This document shows, in pieces, positions 17,416-27,816 of a stretch of 64,000 nucleotides of DNA. A model generated the notes under the pieces. It ran no database searches. It had not been told where the DNA came from and saw nothing but the letters and a program-made list of their open reading frames with translations. The first letter of the stretch is position 1, and the number at the start of each line of letters is the position of its first letter. Source of the DNA: an uncultured Candidatus Saccharibacteria bacterium (GTDB taxonomy: Bacteria > Patescibacteriota > Minisyncoccia > Phycocordibacterales > CAIZLB01); the NCBI GenBank assembly GCA_964417855.1, contig CAYQJB010000001.1, forward strand, positions 38,709 to 102,708, read 5' to 3'. Position numbers and translations under genes: made by a program.

Positions 17416-18300
17416 TTAATTTGACTTTGAGGTTGTAGTCTTCTTCAAATCCCCCTTTTTAACAGCCTTACTTCCTGGAGCCTTAAGACCGTTTGTGATT
17501 ATTGAAGCTGCTTTTCTAGCTGCTGCCAAATCTGCATTTGCATTCTTGATACTAGTCCTTGCTAACTTAAGAGCTGCAGTATTTGCCTCTAAAGTTGCCT
17601 TGTTTCCATTATCAGGAACTAATCCTGAAATTGTTGTTTGAGCAGTTAATGCTTCCTTTTTTGCATCTGCTGTCTTTACTATCATTGAATCAAGTGCAGT
17701 TTGTAATGTTGTTACAACTGTTCCTGTTGCCTTTGCCTCATCTATTCTTATTTGTAATTTTGTAGCTACAGTTTCGAGCATTGTTGCTATTGTATTCACT
17801 TTATCAACTGAAGCTAAGATGTTTGCTCTAGGAATTACCAATGCGTATATTCTTGATCCGGAAATAATAGTAGCTAAATCTGTCTTAATTGTTGCAATAT
17901 CTGTATCTGTCGCAATTTTAGAATTTAGAGCCTGTAGTTTTGAAATCTCAGATTGTATTTCTGAAGACAATGTTGCTTTTTCTGAAGCTGAAACATTTTT
18001 CATTCCATTAACATTCTCCAATGTCTTATTTAGACTTTCAACTCTTTTTGTAATTTCTGTATCAGCCTTCTTTATTGCATCAACAATTGTTTTTGCAATC
18101 TTTGTAGCCTTAGTTGATGAAGCTGTTGATGTTGCTCTAGCTTGTATCTTAGCCTTTATACCATTACCTCTCATCAATGGTTTCGGTGATGTAGTACCGG
18201 CATTAATATCCGCAGCTTTTGACAAAGCTGGTAGTGAAGAAAAAGATAATGTCAAAACCAAAGCCAGAGTCACAATCAATTTTATTTTATTATTTTTCAT
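17416..18300 (-). CDS. secreted Ala/Thr/Lys-rich alpha-helical (coiled-coil-like) protein
   Basis: Signal peptide followed by an A/T/K/L-rich sequence, predicted alpha-helical. Confidence 0.45.
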   Translation of the reverse strand: MKNNKIKLIVTLALVLTLSFSSLPALSKAADINAGTTSPKPLMRGNGIKAKIQARATSTASSTKATKIAKTIVDAIKKADTEITKRVESLNKTLENVNGMKNVSASEKATLSSEIQSEISKLQALNSKIATDTDIATIKTDLATIISGSRIYALVIPRANILASVDKVNTIATMLETVATKLQIRIDEAKATGTVVTTLQTALDSMIVKTADAKKEALTAQTTISGLVPDNGNKATLEANTAALKLARTSIKNANADLAAARKAASIITNGLKAPGSKAVKKGDLKKTTTSKSN

Positions 18301-18330
18301 ATTTTATTTGATTTGGGAGTCGGTTACATG

Positions 18331-18368
18331 TTTTAGGTCTTTGACCAAAAACGCCTGATCCCAATTAT
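18331..18368. repeat. degenerate composite palindrome: GGTCtttGACC plus AAAAACGCCTGATCCC arm
   Basis: Related to 16657 and 21283. Confidence 0.4.
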
Positions 18369-18374
18369 TAATTA

Positions 18375-18722
18375 TTAATTAGCTGAAGTTGTGTTCAAGG
18401 CTTTAATTTGATCATCGACTTTACTCAAATCTGTAGTAAGAGCCTCGTCTGAGTTATCTTGTACTGAAATTGATGTGCTAGCGTCTTCAATTACTGCAGA
18501 TACCTCCGTTGTTGTAGCTTGTAATTCAAATTGTTGAACTGGAGCAACAGTTGGCACTTGGGATTCTGGATTACTACCAATGAACCACCAAATACCTCCG
18601 ACTAGAATAAGTATTATAATCATCCATGAAGTTGTCTTTGCTGTATCAGTCATATTTATATATTTAATATTAGAATTAATATCGGGCGCACGGTGCACAG
18701 CCACGATGAATATGGAAACCAT
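18375..18722 (-). CDS. hypothetical single-TM protein
   Basis: ORF with TM helix. Confidence 0.35.
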   Translation of the reverse strand: MVSIFIVAVHRAPDINSNIKYINMTDTAKTTSWMIIILILVGGIWWFIGSNPESQVPTVAPVQQFELQATTTEVSAVIEDASTSISVQDNSDEALTTDLSKVDDQIKALNTTSAN

Positions 18723-18863
18723 GTAGCGTTATACCGAACATGCCCCACCTAACTATTATACACCCCTGTCATCAAAAGGTGAATATCTCAAAGATTTCAT
18801 AAATTCAAGGTCTCAAAAAAGGATTTCGGGCAAACTCTCCAAACACATATCAATAATCACTAC

Positions 18864-20027
18864 TTAATGACTCTTTGCAGACTTCATAACAGCTTTTGCA
18901 ACAACCTTCGCTACCCTTCTGTCAAAAGGACTTGGTATTATATAGTCCTTTTTAAGCTCTGTTTTTTTAACGAGTGATGCGATTGCGTGAGCCGCAGCTA
19001 GTTTCATCTCATCTGTAATTTGTTTAGCTCCAGAATCAAGGGCTCCACGGAAAATTCCAGGAAAAACCAAAACATTATTTATCTGATTTGGATAGTCTGA
19101 ACGACCTGTTCCAAAGACAGCAATCTTTGTTTGCTTCGCATCCTCATAAGATATCTCAGGATTTGGATTGGCCATTGCAAAAACAATTGGATTCTCTGCC
19201 ATTTCACTCACCCATTCTTTTTTTAGAGCTCCAGCAACCGATACACCAATAAACACATCGGCATCTTTAATTACAATATCAAGAAGCCCTTCTACCTTCT
19301 TCTTGTTTGTAATTTTTGCCATTTCAATTTTTGATGCATTTAATCCTTCTCTCCCTTCATAAATTGCACCCCTACTATCTACAATAATCATCTTCCCCGC
19401 TGTTATTCCAGCCTTGATAAGTAGTTTTGAAACTGCTGTTGCTGCAGCTCCAGCTCCATTTACTACAACTTTAATATTTTTTATATCCTTCTTAATAATC
19501 TTTAGCGCATTTATTAATGCAGCAAGCACAACAATTGCTGTACCATGCTGATCATCGTGAAAGACAGGAATATTCAATTCTTTCTTTAGACGCTCTTCAA
19601 TATAAAAACAATTTGGCGCAGATATGTCTTCAAGATTAATTCCCCCAAATGTTGGTGCTAATAATTTTACGGCTTCAATAACTTTTTCTGGATCTTGTGT
19701 ATCAAGACAAATTGGGAAAGCGTCTACATTTGCAAATTCCTTAAATAAAATAGACTTTCCTTCCATAACAGGCATCGCAGCATAGGGACCAATATTTCCT
19801 AGACCAAGAACCGCTGAACCATCCGTTATAACCGCCACTGTATTGCCTCGCATTGTGTATGAATTAACCTGCTTTTGATCCTTATGAATTAAACGGCACA
19901 CTTCCGCCACCCCCGGGGTATAAGCCAAAGATAAATCAATTTTTGTTTTAAGTGGAACTTTGGATTTTAATTCCATTTTTCCTTTATATTTCTTGTGAAG
20001 TGCTAATGATTTTTTATTGTAGTCCAT
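18864..20027 (-). CDS. NAD(P)-dependent malic enzyme (short form)
   Basis: LAYTPGVAEVC, GLGNIGP and VVNGAGAAA (Rossmann-fold) motifs. Confidence 0.85.
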   Translation of the reverse strand: MDYNKKSLALHKKYKGKMELKSKVPLKTKIDLSLAYTPGVAEVCRLIHKDQKQVNSYTMRGNTVAVITDGSAVLGLGNIGPYAAMPVMEGKSILFKEFANVDAFPICLDTQDPEKVIEAVKLLAPTFGGINLEDISAPNCFYIEERLKKELNIPVFHDDQHGTAIVVLAALINALKIIKKDIKNIKVVVNGAGAAATAVSKLLIKAGITAGKMIIVDSRGAIYEGREGLNASKIEMAKITNKKKVEGLLDIVIKDADVFIGVSVAGALKKEWVSEMAENPIVFAMANPNPEISYEDAKQTKIAVFGTGRSDYPNQINNVLVFPGIFRGALDSGAKQITDEMKLAAAHAIASLVKKTELKKDYIIPSPFDRRVAKVVAKAVMKSAKSH

Positions 20028-20083
20028 ACAGCAATTATATCACATTCAATTTAGCGACAAACATCAGAGTACACTACCTATAA

Positions 20084-20125
20084 AAAACAACCCCGACAGC
20101 AATTACGCCGTCAGGGTTGGGGTTA
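20084..20125 (-). terminator. imperfect hairpin AACCCCGAC..GTCAGGGTTGGGGTT plus a T-run on the minus strand, downstream of pyrC
   Basis: Read directly. Confidence 0.4.
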
Positions 20126-20153
20126 TTAAACTAAAACATCGATCCGATACCAA

Positions 20154-21239
20154 TCAGAACATCATCTTGCCATGAGGCCAATCCTGCAATTTCCAATTCA
20201 GAGTTGTTCCTCCCTTGAAGATTTGAACCGGGCCTAATTTCATGGGGACTTCCCACGACTCACGCTTAATTGTCATAAACTCGGTAGATACCTCCATGTC
20301 ATACAGATCAATGAAGTTCTCTGACATGAATGGACCCAGATGTTTCAAGGCATTATCTTCATCGAAGATTGTTGTATATAATTCAACAGCATTTGGTGCA
20401 GTGAAGATACCAGCTGCACATCCGTAACAATGAGACTTCGCAGCTTCATCATGAGGAGCAGAATCAGTTCCCGCTCCAAAACGAGGGTTTCCAGAAGTGA
20501 CATGCTTCCGAACACGCATACGATGCTCTTCACGCTTAGGCACAGGTTTGCAATAGTTCCCTGGATTCATTCCACCCAAGAACATTGCATTCCTGTTGAT
20601 CATCATGCCTTGAGGAGTAGCTGTTGCATAAATTGGATGGTCAACCTCCGCTACAAAGTCTGCAGAACGTCCATCGGTAATGTGTTCAAACACAACCTTG
20701 AGCCCTGGGAAGACTTTTATCAACGGAACCAAATCACGCTCAATGGAAACAATCTCGCGATCGAATTCATCAACCTCTCGCTCAGCCGCTTCAAAGTGAC
20801 CAAGAAGTGGAATACCATGTTTCTCCATCATTTCAAAGACAGGGTATCTTCCAAGAAGATTTCTGACTCCATGTTGGGATCCCGTTGTTCCCCCTTCTCC
20901 ATTCTTGTCAGCCATATACAATTTGACAGCAGTAAGATATCCAGTGTCAATCCACTTCTTGATTTCAGAGGCTGGAGTTGTGTCGGTGAGATACAACGCC
21001 AAACGCGGTTCAAAGTCACTCCACCAAGGAAGGGTTTCTTTGATTCGGCGATAATAAGCTTCAACCTTTTCCGGCGTATCAATCTGATCAGGATATTTCA
21101 GGTTAGGCATAATCAGCGCACCACTTGCCTGTTGGCAAACAGTAGCTGGCAATACCAGACTCATCACTTCTCCATCTCTCACATGTAAATGGCGATCAAA
21201 CCATCTTTTAATCAAGATTTTATTTTGTTTTTCTTTCAC
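20154..21239 (-). CDS. pyrC: dihydroorotase, type II (E. coli PyrC-like); GC-richer than the genome background
   Basis: WFDRHLHVRDG, LKVVFEHIT and GTDSAPH align with E. coli PyrC. Confidence 0.8.
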   Translation of the reverse strand: MKEKQNKILIKRWFDRHLHVRDGEVMSLVLPATVCQQASGALIMPNLKYPDQIDTPEKVEAYYRRIKETLPWWSDFEPRLALYLTDTTPASEIKKWIDTGYLTAVKLYMADKNGEGGTTGSQHGVRNLLGRYPVFEMMEKHGIPLLGHFEAAEREVDEFDREIVSIERDLVPLIKVFPGLKVVFEHITDGRSADFVAEVDHPIYATATPQGMMINRNAMFLGGMNPGNYCKPVPKREEHRMRVRKHVTSGNPRFGAGTDSAPHDEAAKSHCYGCAAGIFTAPNAVELYTTIFDEDNALKHLGPFMSENFIDLYDMEVSTEFMTIKRESWEVPMKLGPVQIFKGGTTLNWKLQDWPHGKMMF

Positions 21240-21282
21240 GACTCAATTTCTTTCTATGTTTGTTTTGTTTTCTGCGTTTTGC

Positions 21283-21328
21283 GGTCAGACACACGATTCA
21301 GGTCTTCGACCAGAATCGCCTGACCCCA
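21283..21328. repeat. degenerate composite palindrome GGTCAGacacaCGATTCa-GGTCttcGACC-aGAATCGCCTGACCCC
   Basis: Read directly, between pyrC and pyrD. Confidence 0.5.
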
Positions 21329-21332
21329 AAGA

Positions 21333-22274
21333 TTATTCCAACAAATGTGTTGGCTGATCCTGATGATTCAATTCCTCCACAATCGCTGTCGGCCTCCATG
21401 GAGTCCTTAAGTGAATTGCACCGAAGCTAATTGCAGCGGCTTTGAGAATTAAATTTGCATGTACAACGTCTTGATAGTTCATCACGCTCGGCACAATTAC
21501 CGGAAGTGATCCTTGTCTGTAGAGCTGTTCAGCAGCCCTCCAATTAAGTTTTTGTGCTGGCTTCCCAGACACACCACCACCACCTCCACCAACTTTTTTC
21601 TCCAATCTCCAAAGAGGTGTTTCCTCACCGTCAGGAAAGGCGGTTTTCCAAGGTATACTATTCAGAGCGATTGCTTCCGCAATGCCCTCCAGATCACTGG
21701 CGATAGTCAAATAGTCTTGGTCAACTGAAACCTTCACGATAACAGGGTGCCCAGACACTTCCTTCACAGCCTTAACAGCATCAACGACACTGCCAGCGTC
21801 TTGCAAAGCATCTCCAGAATTTGGACATGAATAATTCACCTTGATTGCAACAAATGGATATCGGTTGAGCATCTTTGTCATTTCGACAAGCTCTTCCTTT
21901 GTTCCAAAAATTGAGGCAATTAGAGGAAATTTTACAAAATCATGAAATGGTGCAATTTCTTTACACCACCAATCAATTCCCTTGTTAGTCAATCCAATCT
22001 TGTTGACAGAGCCTCCACGAATCAAACGCATGCAAGTCCAAGGATTCCACCAACGCAGATTTCCCGGACGAGGATGACGAGTCAGAGTTTTGATAACCAC
22101 GGTAAAAAGCTCGGGTTTAATAATCCCAAGCCAAACCAATGGCCATTCCCAAAACCATCCTTTCCCATCAAAAGCGAGAGCCCCGCTTGCAACAACATAT
22201 TTCAACTCATGTCCATTCGATAGTTTAATCATCTTATGTATTCCTCCAGTTTGTAGTTTTTGTTCAATTGTCAA
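21333..22274 (-). CDS. pyrD: dihydroorotate dehydrogenase-like (class 1 type) protein
   Basis: NYSCPNSGD and GGGGGGVSGKP segments align with class 1 DHODH. Confidence 0.6.
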   Translation of the reverse strand: MTIEQKLQTGGIHKMIKLSNGHELKYVVASGALAFDGKGWFWEWPLVWLGIIKPELFTVVIKTLTRHPRPGNLRWWNPWTCMRLIRGGSVNKIGLTNKGIDWWCKEIAPFHDFVKFPLIASIFGTKEELVEMTKMLNRYPFVAIKVNYSCPNSGDALQDAGSVVDAVKAVKEVSGHPVIVKVSVDQDYLTIASDLEGIAEAIALNSIPWKTAFPDGEETPLWRLEKKVGGGGGGVSGKPAQKLNWRAAEQLYRQGSLPVIVPSVMNYQDVVHANLILKAAAISFGAIHLRTPWRPTAIVEELNHQDQPTHLLE

Positions 22275-22367
22275 TTGTAAGGCCGTAGGACCGTTACAGG
22301 ACGATGTCGATTTAATCGACTATACGGCAATCCTAGACTAAATAAGGCTTAAAAGCAAACCAAAATA

Positions 22368-23582
22368 CTATAAATTATTCTTCCTAATTCTATTCCCTGC
22401 AACAAACAAAAGTGTCAAAAAAACTAAAGCTGAAAATCCTATTCCCGCCCAAGCTATCCAGGGATATTGTTCAGTGAATCTACTTTCACTAGTGTCGCAA
22501 GCATCTCCAATTTTATCGCCATCAGTATCTCTTTGATCATAATTTGGAACATCCCTACAATTATCTATGGAGTTAATTATTCCGTCTCTGTCATAATCAT
22601 CACAAACATCCCCTCTTCCATTTTGATCAATATCAAGCTGATCTCCATTGGCAACGTTTATACAATTATCTATTACATTAGGAACACCATCTCCGTCAGT
22701 ATCACTTAGGACAAAAACTGGGTTCTCCAAAACAGCAGGCATTGAGATTTTCCTTACACCAAGAGACGATGAATAATTGGAGGCCTCTTCATAATTTGCA
22801 TATATCTTAGGTGCAACTTCAGGATTTACATAAATTACATACTCTTTTTTGGGAAGCGCTAAAAAACTTAAGGACTCTCCAGCATATGCATTTAATGTAT
22901 CATTTAAATGAATCTCTGAAATTCTAATAGGTTGAGCGTATTGTAGTTCTAAAATCCATTTGTTTGACAATGTTATTGGAAAGTTAATTTCATTTGAGGT
23001 TGGTTTGTAATTGTTTAGCAAGACAATTTCTTTGCCATTTACGTATGCCTTCAATGTAACCAATGTAGGTAGTGAGACATACGAATCAAAAGATAAATTT
23101 AAAGAGTCAGACTTAATTGCTTTTGAATAATTAATTGAAATTGCAGAAATACTTTTACTCTCTTCCTTATTAAGGTAGAAATCCTTCATCGTTTGATAAT
23201 TATTATCAAACAAATCGTTTAGATTTTCATTAGTAGAAATATCTATTGCATTTACATTATTAACATTTATTTGATTATCTCTCGTGACCAAACTTGAAAT
23301 AAATTTACCATCAGTTTTATTGTATACACCAAAAGAGTCACTACTGATTTGATTGATGTCTATGGGAATCTGTAAGAGTGTCGGAACTAATATATTTTGG
23401 GCAGGAACTTTCATATAGTTCTTATACGCTTTAAATATCACCTCGTTTGTTGATGTGGCGACACTTGTCACAGGTTGCCAATCTTTTACAATCGCATATG
23501 CAGGCTTAAAACTTAAAATTAGGACGAATGCTATTGCAAGACATGCTGTAACCGATGATTTTATAATTAGTTTTTTATTCAT
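22368..23582 (-). CDS. surface protein with signal peptide, thrombospondin type-3-like Ca-binding Asp repeats and C-terminal TM anchor
   Basis: [40 protein letters not shown] and [12 protein letters not shown] repeats; C-terminal hydrophobic helix. Confidence 0.55.
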   Translation of the reverse strand: MNKKLIIKSSVTACLAIAFVLILSFKPAYAIVKDWQPVTSVATSTNEVIFKAYKNYMKVPAQNILVPTLLQIPIDINQISSDSFGVYNKTDGKFISSLVTRDNQINVNNVNAIDISTNENLNDLFDNNYQTMKDFYLNKEESKSISAISINYSKAIKSDSLNLSFDSYVSLPTLVTLKAYVNGKEIVLLNNYKPTSNEINFPITLSNKWILELQYAQPIRISEIHLNDTLNAYAGESLSFLALPKKEYVIYVNPEVAPKIYANYEEASNYSSSLGVRKISMPAVLENPVFVLSDTDGDGVPNVIDNCINVANGDQLDIDQNGRGDVCDDYDRDGIINSIDNCRDVPNYDQRDTDGDKIGDACDTSESRFTEQYPWIAWAGIGFSALVFLTLLFVAGNRIRKNNL

Positions 23583-23618
23583 GTTTATTATTGTTTTTAT
23601 TTTTACTGTGGACGTATC

Positions 23619-25547
23619 TTATTGTTGTTTTTTTGAAATAAAAGCTGTACTGATAAACATAACTCCCAAAATAATGAATGTAACAACACGTAATGCCAAC
23701 TCCATTTGCCATACATCAACGAGTACTAATCTAAGTACAACCAAGACAAGAAGAACTCCTCCATACTTTTTTAGAATATCACTCCTGTTAAATAACCCAA
23801 TAAAATACGTTCCTAATCCAATAACTGTATACATAAATAAGCTAACAAAGACCGCTGTATCTTGATTGAATATTACAGCGTGTGATGATAGCCAAATTAT
23901 TACATAAAGATAAACTGTTGAGAATATTAGTGATAAATGATAGAAATCAAATTCAGGCGCCATTGAGTCTTTTTCTTTATTTAACCTATAGAACATTCCA
24001 AGAGTAGCTAGAATTACTCCTATCAGAAATAGAACAAAGAAGTCAACATGGAACATTCCCATTCCCCTTTCATATTCCCAATTAGAAGAGAAAACACTCT
24101 CCAAGGACATCGCCATTGGTATAACCATTAAAGCACCAAAGGCCTTTGATATTTTAATATTATTTGTTACCAAGAATGATGCGATAGAAACAATTGCCGC
24201 TTCAATAGCAAAAGCAATAATTAATGATTTACCACTTAATTCTACAGATGTGGCTATCGCTAAAAACAAAACGGCAACTAGAGAATGTATATAGAATAGC
24301 TTTTCGTTTCTTGTAGCTTGAAATACAATAAATCCTGAAACTCCGTATATCAACATCCACATAGATAACACAAGAGATTGATAAATCATAGGAACAAGAC
24401 CTAGTGTAAGACCTAGAATAATTATTGTACTGACCACAGTTAGGAGTACATCATTTGAAGTAGCGCCAAACTCTACACTCTCTTCACTATTAACACCTCT
24501 ATTTTTGGCCAATGCAACACTTCCATTTTCTGCGATTAGTGTATTGTCCTTTTTAATCAAACTCCAAGAACTAACAACAAGGTATAATAGTGATATTACG
24601 TATGCAAGTATAAGTGTTGTATATTTTGCAGAATCAGAGGCAAAGCTGTTTTGAGCATTCATCATTATAGGAAAACTGTAAAGTAGTATTCCAACTATTC
24701 CTATTGGATTACCAAATCTCCATCCCTTAACAATAGAAACCCAGATTGTAGAAATCGAAATAACAAGTAAATACAGGTAGATAGACACATAATCTAGATT
24801 CATTGATACATGAGATAGAACAGGAGCAAGAAGCGCTAATATTAGACCGTAAATTGCCAACTTTTCTACAGAGTATGCAAGGGCTGTAAGGCTTACATAG
24901 AACGAAACCAAGAATATTATTCCTAGCACTATCATTGGAGAGAAAAATTGATAGAAATATTGTCCAGATAGAACAGAAATAATAACAAGAGCAGCACCTA
25001 ATGCTGTAAACAAAACTCCCTGTGTTTCATCCTTACCAAGTCTAATTGTTCCAAAAATTGATATAAACGATCCTGCAACAATACCAATTGCAATTCTACC
25101 TACGGGACCAATCCAATCATGCATAAATGCATAACTCACAAACCAACCAAAGCCAATTAGAATCATCAGTACTCCAAGTTTTAATAACCAGTTCTCTTGA
25201 ATCCACGCAAGTACAGGATCAGGAGTACTTGTTTCAGGCTGATTTACTCTGGCGGGTTGACGATAAATAGGCTGACCCATTTCCGTCACCCCAACATACG
25301 TATGCGTTTCAGGATTATTAGCCCCATTTCTTTGTTCTGCATAATTTACGTCTGTTCGTTGAGAATCAGAAATTGAAACCTTAGATGAAGACTGCGAGAC
25401 TCCTCCTTCTATTTCAGCAAGTTTCTGCTTAATCTTATAAACCTCTGACTTTAAATTCCGCACAGAACTACTTAAATCTGATGTCCTCGCGAGGAATATA
25501 ATCCCTAAAATAATAAGTAAAAAATAAATCATAAATATGATGAACAA
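23619..25547 (-). CDS. large polytopic membrane protein (DUF2339-like)
   Basis: N-terminal coiled segment then at least 14 predicted TM helices. Confidence 0.4.
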   Translation of the reverse strand: MFIIFMIYFLLIILGIIFLARTSDLSSSVRNLKSEVYKIKQKLAEIEGGVSQSSSKVSISDSQRTDVNYAEQRNGANNPETHTYVGVTEMGQPIYRQPARVNQPETSTPDPVLAWIQENWLLKLGVLMILIGFGWFVSYAFMHDWIGPVGRIAIGIVAGSFISIFGTIRLGKDETQGVLFTALGAALVIISVLSGQYFYQFFSPMIVLGIIFLVSFYVSLTALAYSVEKLAIYGLILALLAPVLSHVSMNLDYVSIYLYLLVISISTIWVSIVKGWRFGNPIGIVGILLYSFPIMMNAQNSFASDSAKYTTLILAYVISLLYLVVSSWSLIKKDNTLIAENGSVALAKNRGVNSEESVEFGATSNDVLLTVVSTIIILGLTLGLVPMIYQSLVLSMWMLIYGVSGFIVFQATRNEKLFYIHSLVAVLFLAIATSVELSGKSLIIAFAIEAAIVSIASFLVTNNIKISKAFGALMVIPMAMSLESVFSSNWEYERGMGMFHVDFFVLFLIGVILATLGMFYRLNKEKDSMAPEFDFYHLSLIFSTVYLYVIIWLSSHAVIFNQDTAVFVSLFMYTVIGLGTYFIGLFNRSDILKKYGGVLLVLVVLRLVLVDVWQMELALRVVTFIILGVMFISTAFISKKQQ

Positions 25548-25601
25548 TAAATAATTGGTAAATAATAAAACCTTCTTGTTTATAATTATACAACATTAAG
25601 C

Positions 25602-25645
25602 AAAACAAAACACCTCGCGTTTAAGCGAGGTGTTTTGTTTTTTTT
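25602..25645 (-). terminator. terminator AAAACAAAACACCTCGC-GTTTAA-GCGAGGTGTTTTGTTTT
   Basis: Perfect inverted repeat immediately downstream of the helicase gene. Confidence 0.7.
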
Positions 25646-25659
25646 GAAATCAGTATTAC

Positions 25660-27267
25660 TTAGTCAATGAAAGTAAGAGCCTTACCTTTCTTATCACTTC
25701 TACCTGTTCTACCAATACGGTGAACATAGTCATCATGAGTTTCAGGTAATTCATAGTTAATAACGTGAGATACGTTAGGTATATCAAGTCCACGTGCAGC
25801 AACGTCAGTTGCAACAAGCATTTGAACTTCACCATCCTTGAAAGACTTTAGAGCACGTTGACGTTGAGTATGAACCTTGTCTCCGTGAATAGATGCTGCT
25901 TTGAAACCACGTTCTGCAAGCATTGTTGTTAGCTTCTCTACACCATGCTTTGTTCTTCCAAAAATAATAACCTTTTGAAATTCTGGATTGATCAATAGAT
26001 CATGAAGAATATCAATTTTTGTTCCTCCCTTAACATAGACAACATCTTGATCAACGTTCTTTGCGGTATCTCTAGTTTTAACAGAAATACGAATTGGGTT
26101 TTTCAAGAAGTCATTAATGATTCTTTCAATATCAGGAGACAATGTAGCTGAGAAGAAAAGAGTTTGTCTTTCCTTTGGCATAAGACTCATAACGTATTTC
26201 ATATCGTTAATGAATCCCATATCAAGCATACGGTCAGCCTCATCAAGAACTAAGTTCTTGAAGTTTGAAAGATTTAATTTCTTTCGCTCGATAAGGTCCT
26301 TCAGACGTCCTGGAGTTCCAATTATAAAGTTGTTGAAATATCTTAGTTCAGAAATTTGTCTTCCGATTGGCGCTCCACCAACACAACAAACTGAATAGAT
26401 TTTTAATCCTTTAATAAAAGATTGTAATTCTTGATCAATTTGAATAGCTAGTTCACGAGTTGGGGCCATTATAATAGCCTGCTCATCAGGATTTATAAGA
26501 ACCTTGTTTATAAGTGGTAAAAGAAAAGCTGCTGTTTTACCAGTACCTGTATTTGCAATACCTACCAAGTCTTCCCCATTAAGAATATGGGGAATTGTTT
26601 TATCTTGAATTGGTGAAGGTGTTATGTAACCTTTTGCGATTACACTTTTCTTTAGAGTTTCTTCGATTTTAAAATCGCTGAAAGTATTCTCTGGTACGTA
26701 AACCTCTACCTTGTCATCAGTTGTAGCTTTGTTGATGAATCTTGAAACATCAAGACGTGCACCACCTCTTGCTCCACCGCGACCACGGTTACCACCAAAG
26801 TTTCCTCTGCCACCGAATCTACTTGCTCCACCTCCAAATCCACCGCGTGAACCACCGTTTCCTCCGGCGTATCCACCACGACTTCCTGATGAAGCTCCGT
26901 ATGAAGAACCTCCACCAAAAGATGAACCGTCACGTGAACTTGCACGTGAGCTGTATGAAGAACCACCAGATGAACGTCCACCAGCAGATGATCCGCTGTA
27001 TGAAGAACCACCATGACTTGCGCCAGATGTTCCTCTTGATGATCCACCATAAGATGAACCACCACGTGATGCACCGTATGAAGAACCTCCAGATCTTGGG
27101 GCGCTTGATGAAGTGCTTTTATTTAATGAACCACCGTATACACCAGTAAAAGCAGCGTTACTAGCTGATCTTGGAGCACTAGAACTACGAGGCGCTGATT
27201 TACGAGCTCCTCCTGTTGTACCACGAGTAATATTGTTTCTATTGCTAGAAGTTGTTTTATTATACAT
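25660..27267 (-). CDS. DEAD-box ATP-dependent RNA helicase with approx 170-aa N-terminal Gly/Ser/Arg-rich (RGG/SAPR) low-complexity extension
   Basis: Q-motif, GTGKT, DEAD, SAT and HRIGRTGR motifs. The N-terminus repeats SAPR, GGSSY and RGG. Confidence 0.85.
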   Translation of the reverse strand: MYNKTTSSNRNNITRGTTGGARKSAPRSSSAPRSASNAAFTGVYGGSLNKSTSSSAPRSGGSSYGASRGGSSYGGSSRGTSGASHGGSSYSGSSAGGRSSGGSSYSSRASSRDGSSFGGGSSYGASSGSRGGYAGGNGGSRGGFGGGASRFGGRGNFGGNRGRGGARGGARLDVSRFINKATTDDKVEVYVPENTFSDFKIEETLKKSVIAKGYITPSPIQDKTIPHILNGEDLVGIANTGTGKTAAFLLPLINKVLINPDEQAIIMAPTRELAIQIDQELQSFIKGLKIYSVCCVGGAPIGRQISELRYFNNFIIGTPGRLKDLIERKKLNLSNFKNLVLDEADRMLDMGFINDMKYVMSLMPKERQTLFFSATLSPDIERIINDFLKNPIRISVKTRDTAKNVDQDVVYVKGGTKIDILHDLLINPEFQKVIIFGRTKHGVEKLTTMLAERGFKAASIHGDKVHTQRQRALKSFKDGEVQMLVATDVAARGLDIPNVSHVINYELPETHDDYVHRIGRTGRSDKKGKALTFID

Positions 27268-27334
27268 ATTATTTAAGACTCTTTCTAAAAAGAAAGAGGT
27301 TTGATTTCCATTTATTTATGGAAAACTGAATTAG

Positions 27335-27374
27335 TCTTTAGAGATATACGTAAGGCGACTAGAAATCTCTAAAG
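27335..27374 (-). promoter_or_regulatory. 10-bp inverted repeat CTTTAGAGAT-N20-ATCTCTAAAG within the approx 230-nt helicase 5' leader
   Basis: Read directly. Confidence 0.3.
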
Positions 27375-27498
27375 TTTCGAAAAGTATATAGTTTGTGTGA
27401 AATATCCACGCAAAACCCATGAGAGATTAACTTACCCCTGTAGTATGTACTATTTTGATGCTTTTGTCAAATGAGCGATTGGGTGCTTATTGAGCAAC

Positions 27499-27526
27499 CA
27501 AAAAACCCCGAGATTCGGGGTTTTTT
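27499..27526. terminator. bidirectional terminator AAAAAACCCCGAGATTCGGGGTTTTTT
   Basis: Read directly, downstream of 27551-27748. Confidence 0.75.
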
Positions 27527-27550
27527 GGTGTATTGAGATTAACTCTTTAC

Positions 27551-27748
27551 TTATGCGACTACTTCTTCTGCTGCTGGAGCAACTTCTTCAACTGGGGCTA
27601 CTTCCTCTGCTGCAACTGTAGCAACTTCCTCTGTAGGAGCTTCTACTGTAGCATCAGCTGCAACCTCTGCAGAGGCCTCAACTGTAACCTCCGCTGCAAC
27701 TACTGCATCATCAGCTACACCTGTAACAATTGTTTGTTCATCTGTCAT
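27551..27748 (-). CDS. small acidic Ala/Glu/Val-rich protein
   Basis: ORF with its own terminator; composition only. Confidence 0.4.
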   Translation of the reverse strand: MTDEQTIVTGVADDAVVAAEVTVEASAEVAADATVEAPTEEVATVAAEEVAPVEEVAPAAEEVVA

Positions 27749-27816
27749 ATAATTATTATAAGATTAGATATTATTAAAAACGACCAAGGGAGTATACTAC
27801 ACATGTTCTGTATGTA

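Noticed and set aside
17819-18358. 179-aa plus-strand ORF overlapping 17416-18300
   Set aside because: Antisense to an ORF that has a signal peptide and a downstream terminator; hydrophobic junk-like sequence.
20430-21188. 252-aa plus-strand ORF antisense to pyrC and 84-aa ORF 20828-21082
   Set aside because: Wholly contained in the well-supported pyrC gene. Product has no motifs and is Ser/Arg/Leu-rich, typical of an antisense frame.
26706-27149. ORFs 26706-27074(-), 26711-27016(+), 26742-27149(+) and 27113-27304(+)
   Set aside because: They lie inside the Gly/Ser/Arg low-complexity coding region of the helicase gene. Their products are His/Val or Pro-rich repeats produced by reading GC-rich repetitive codons out of frame.
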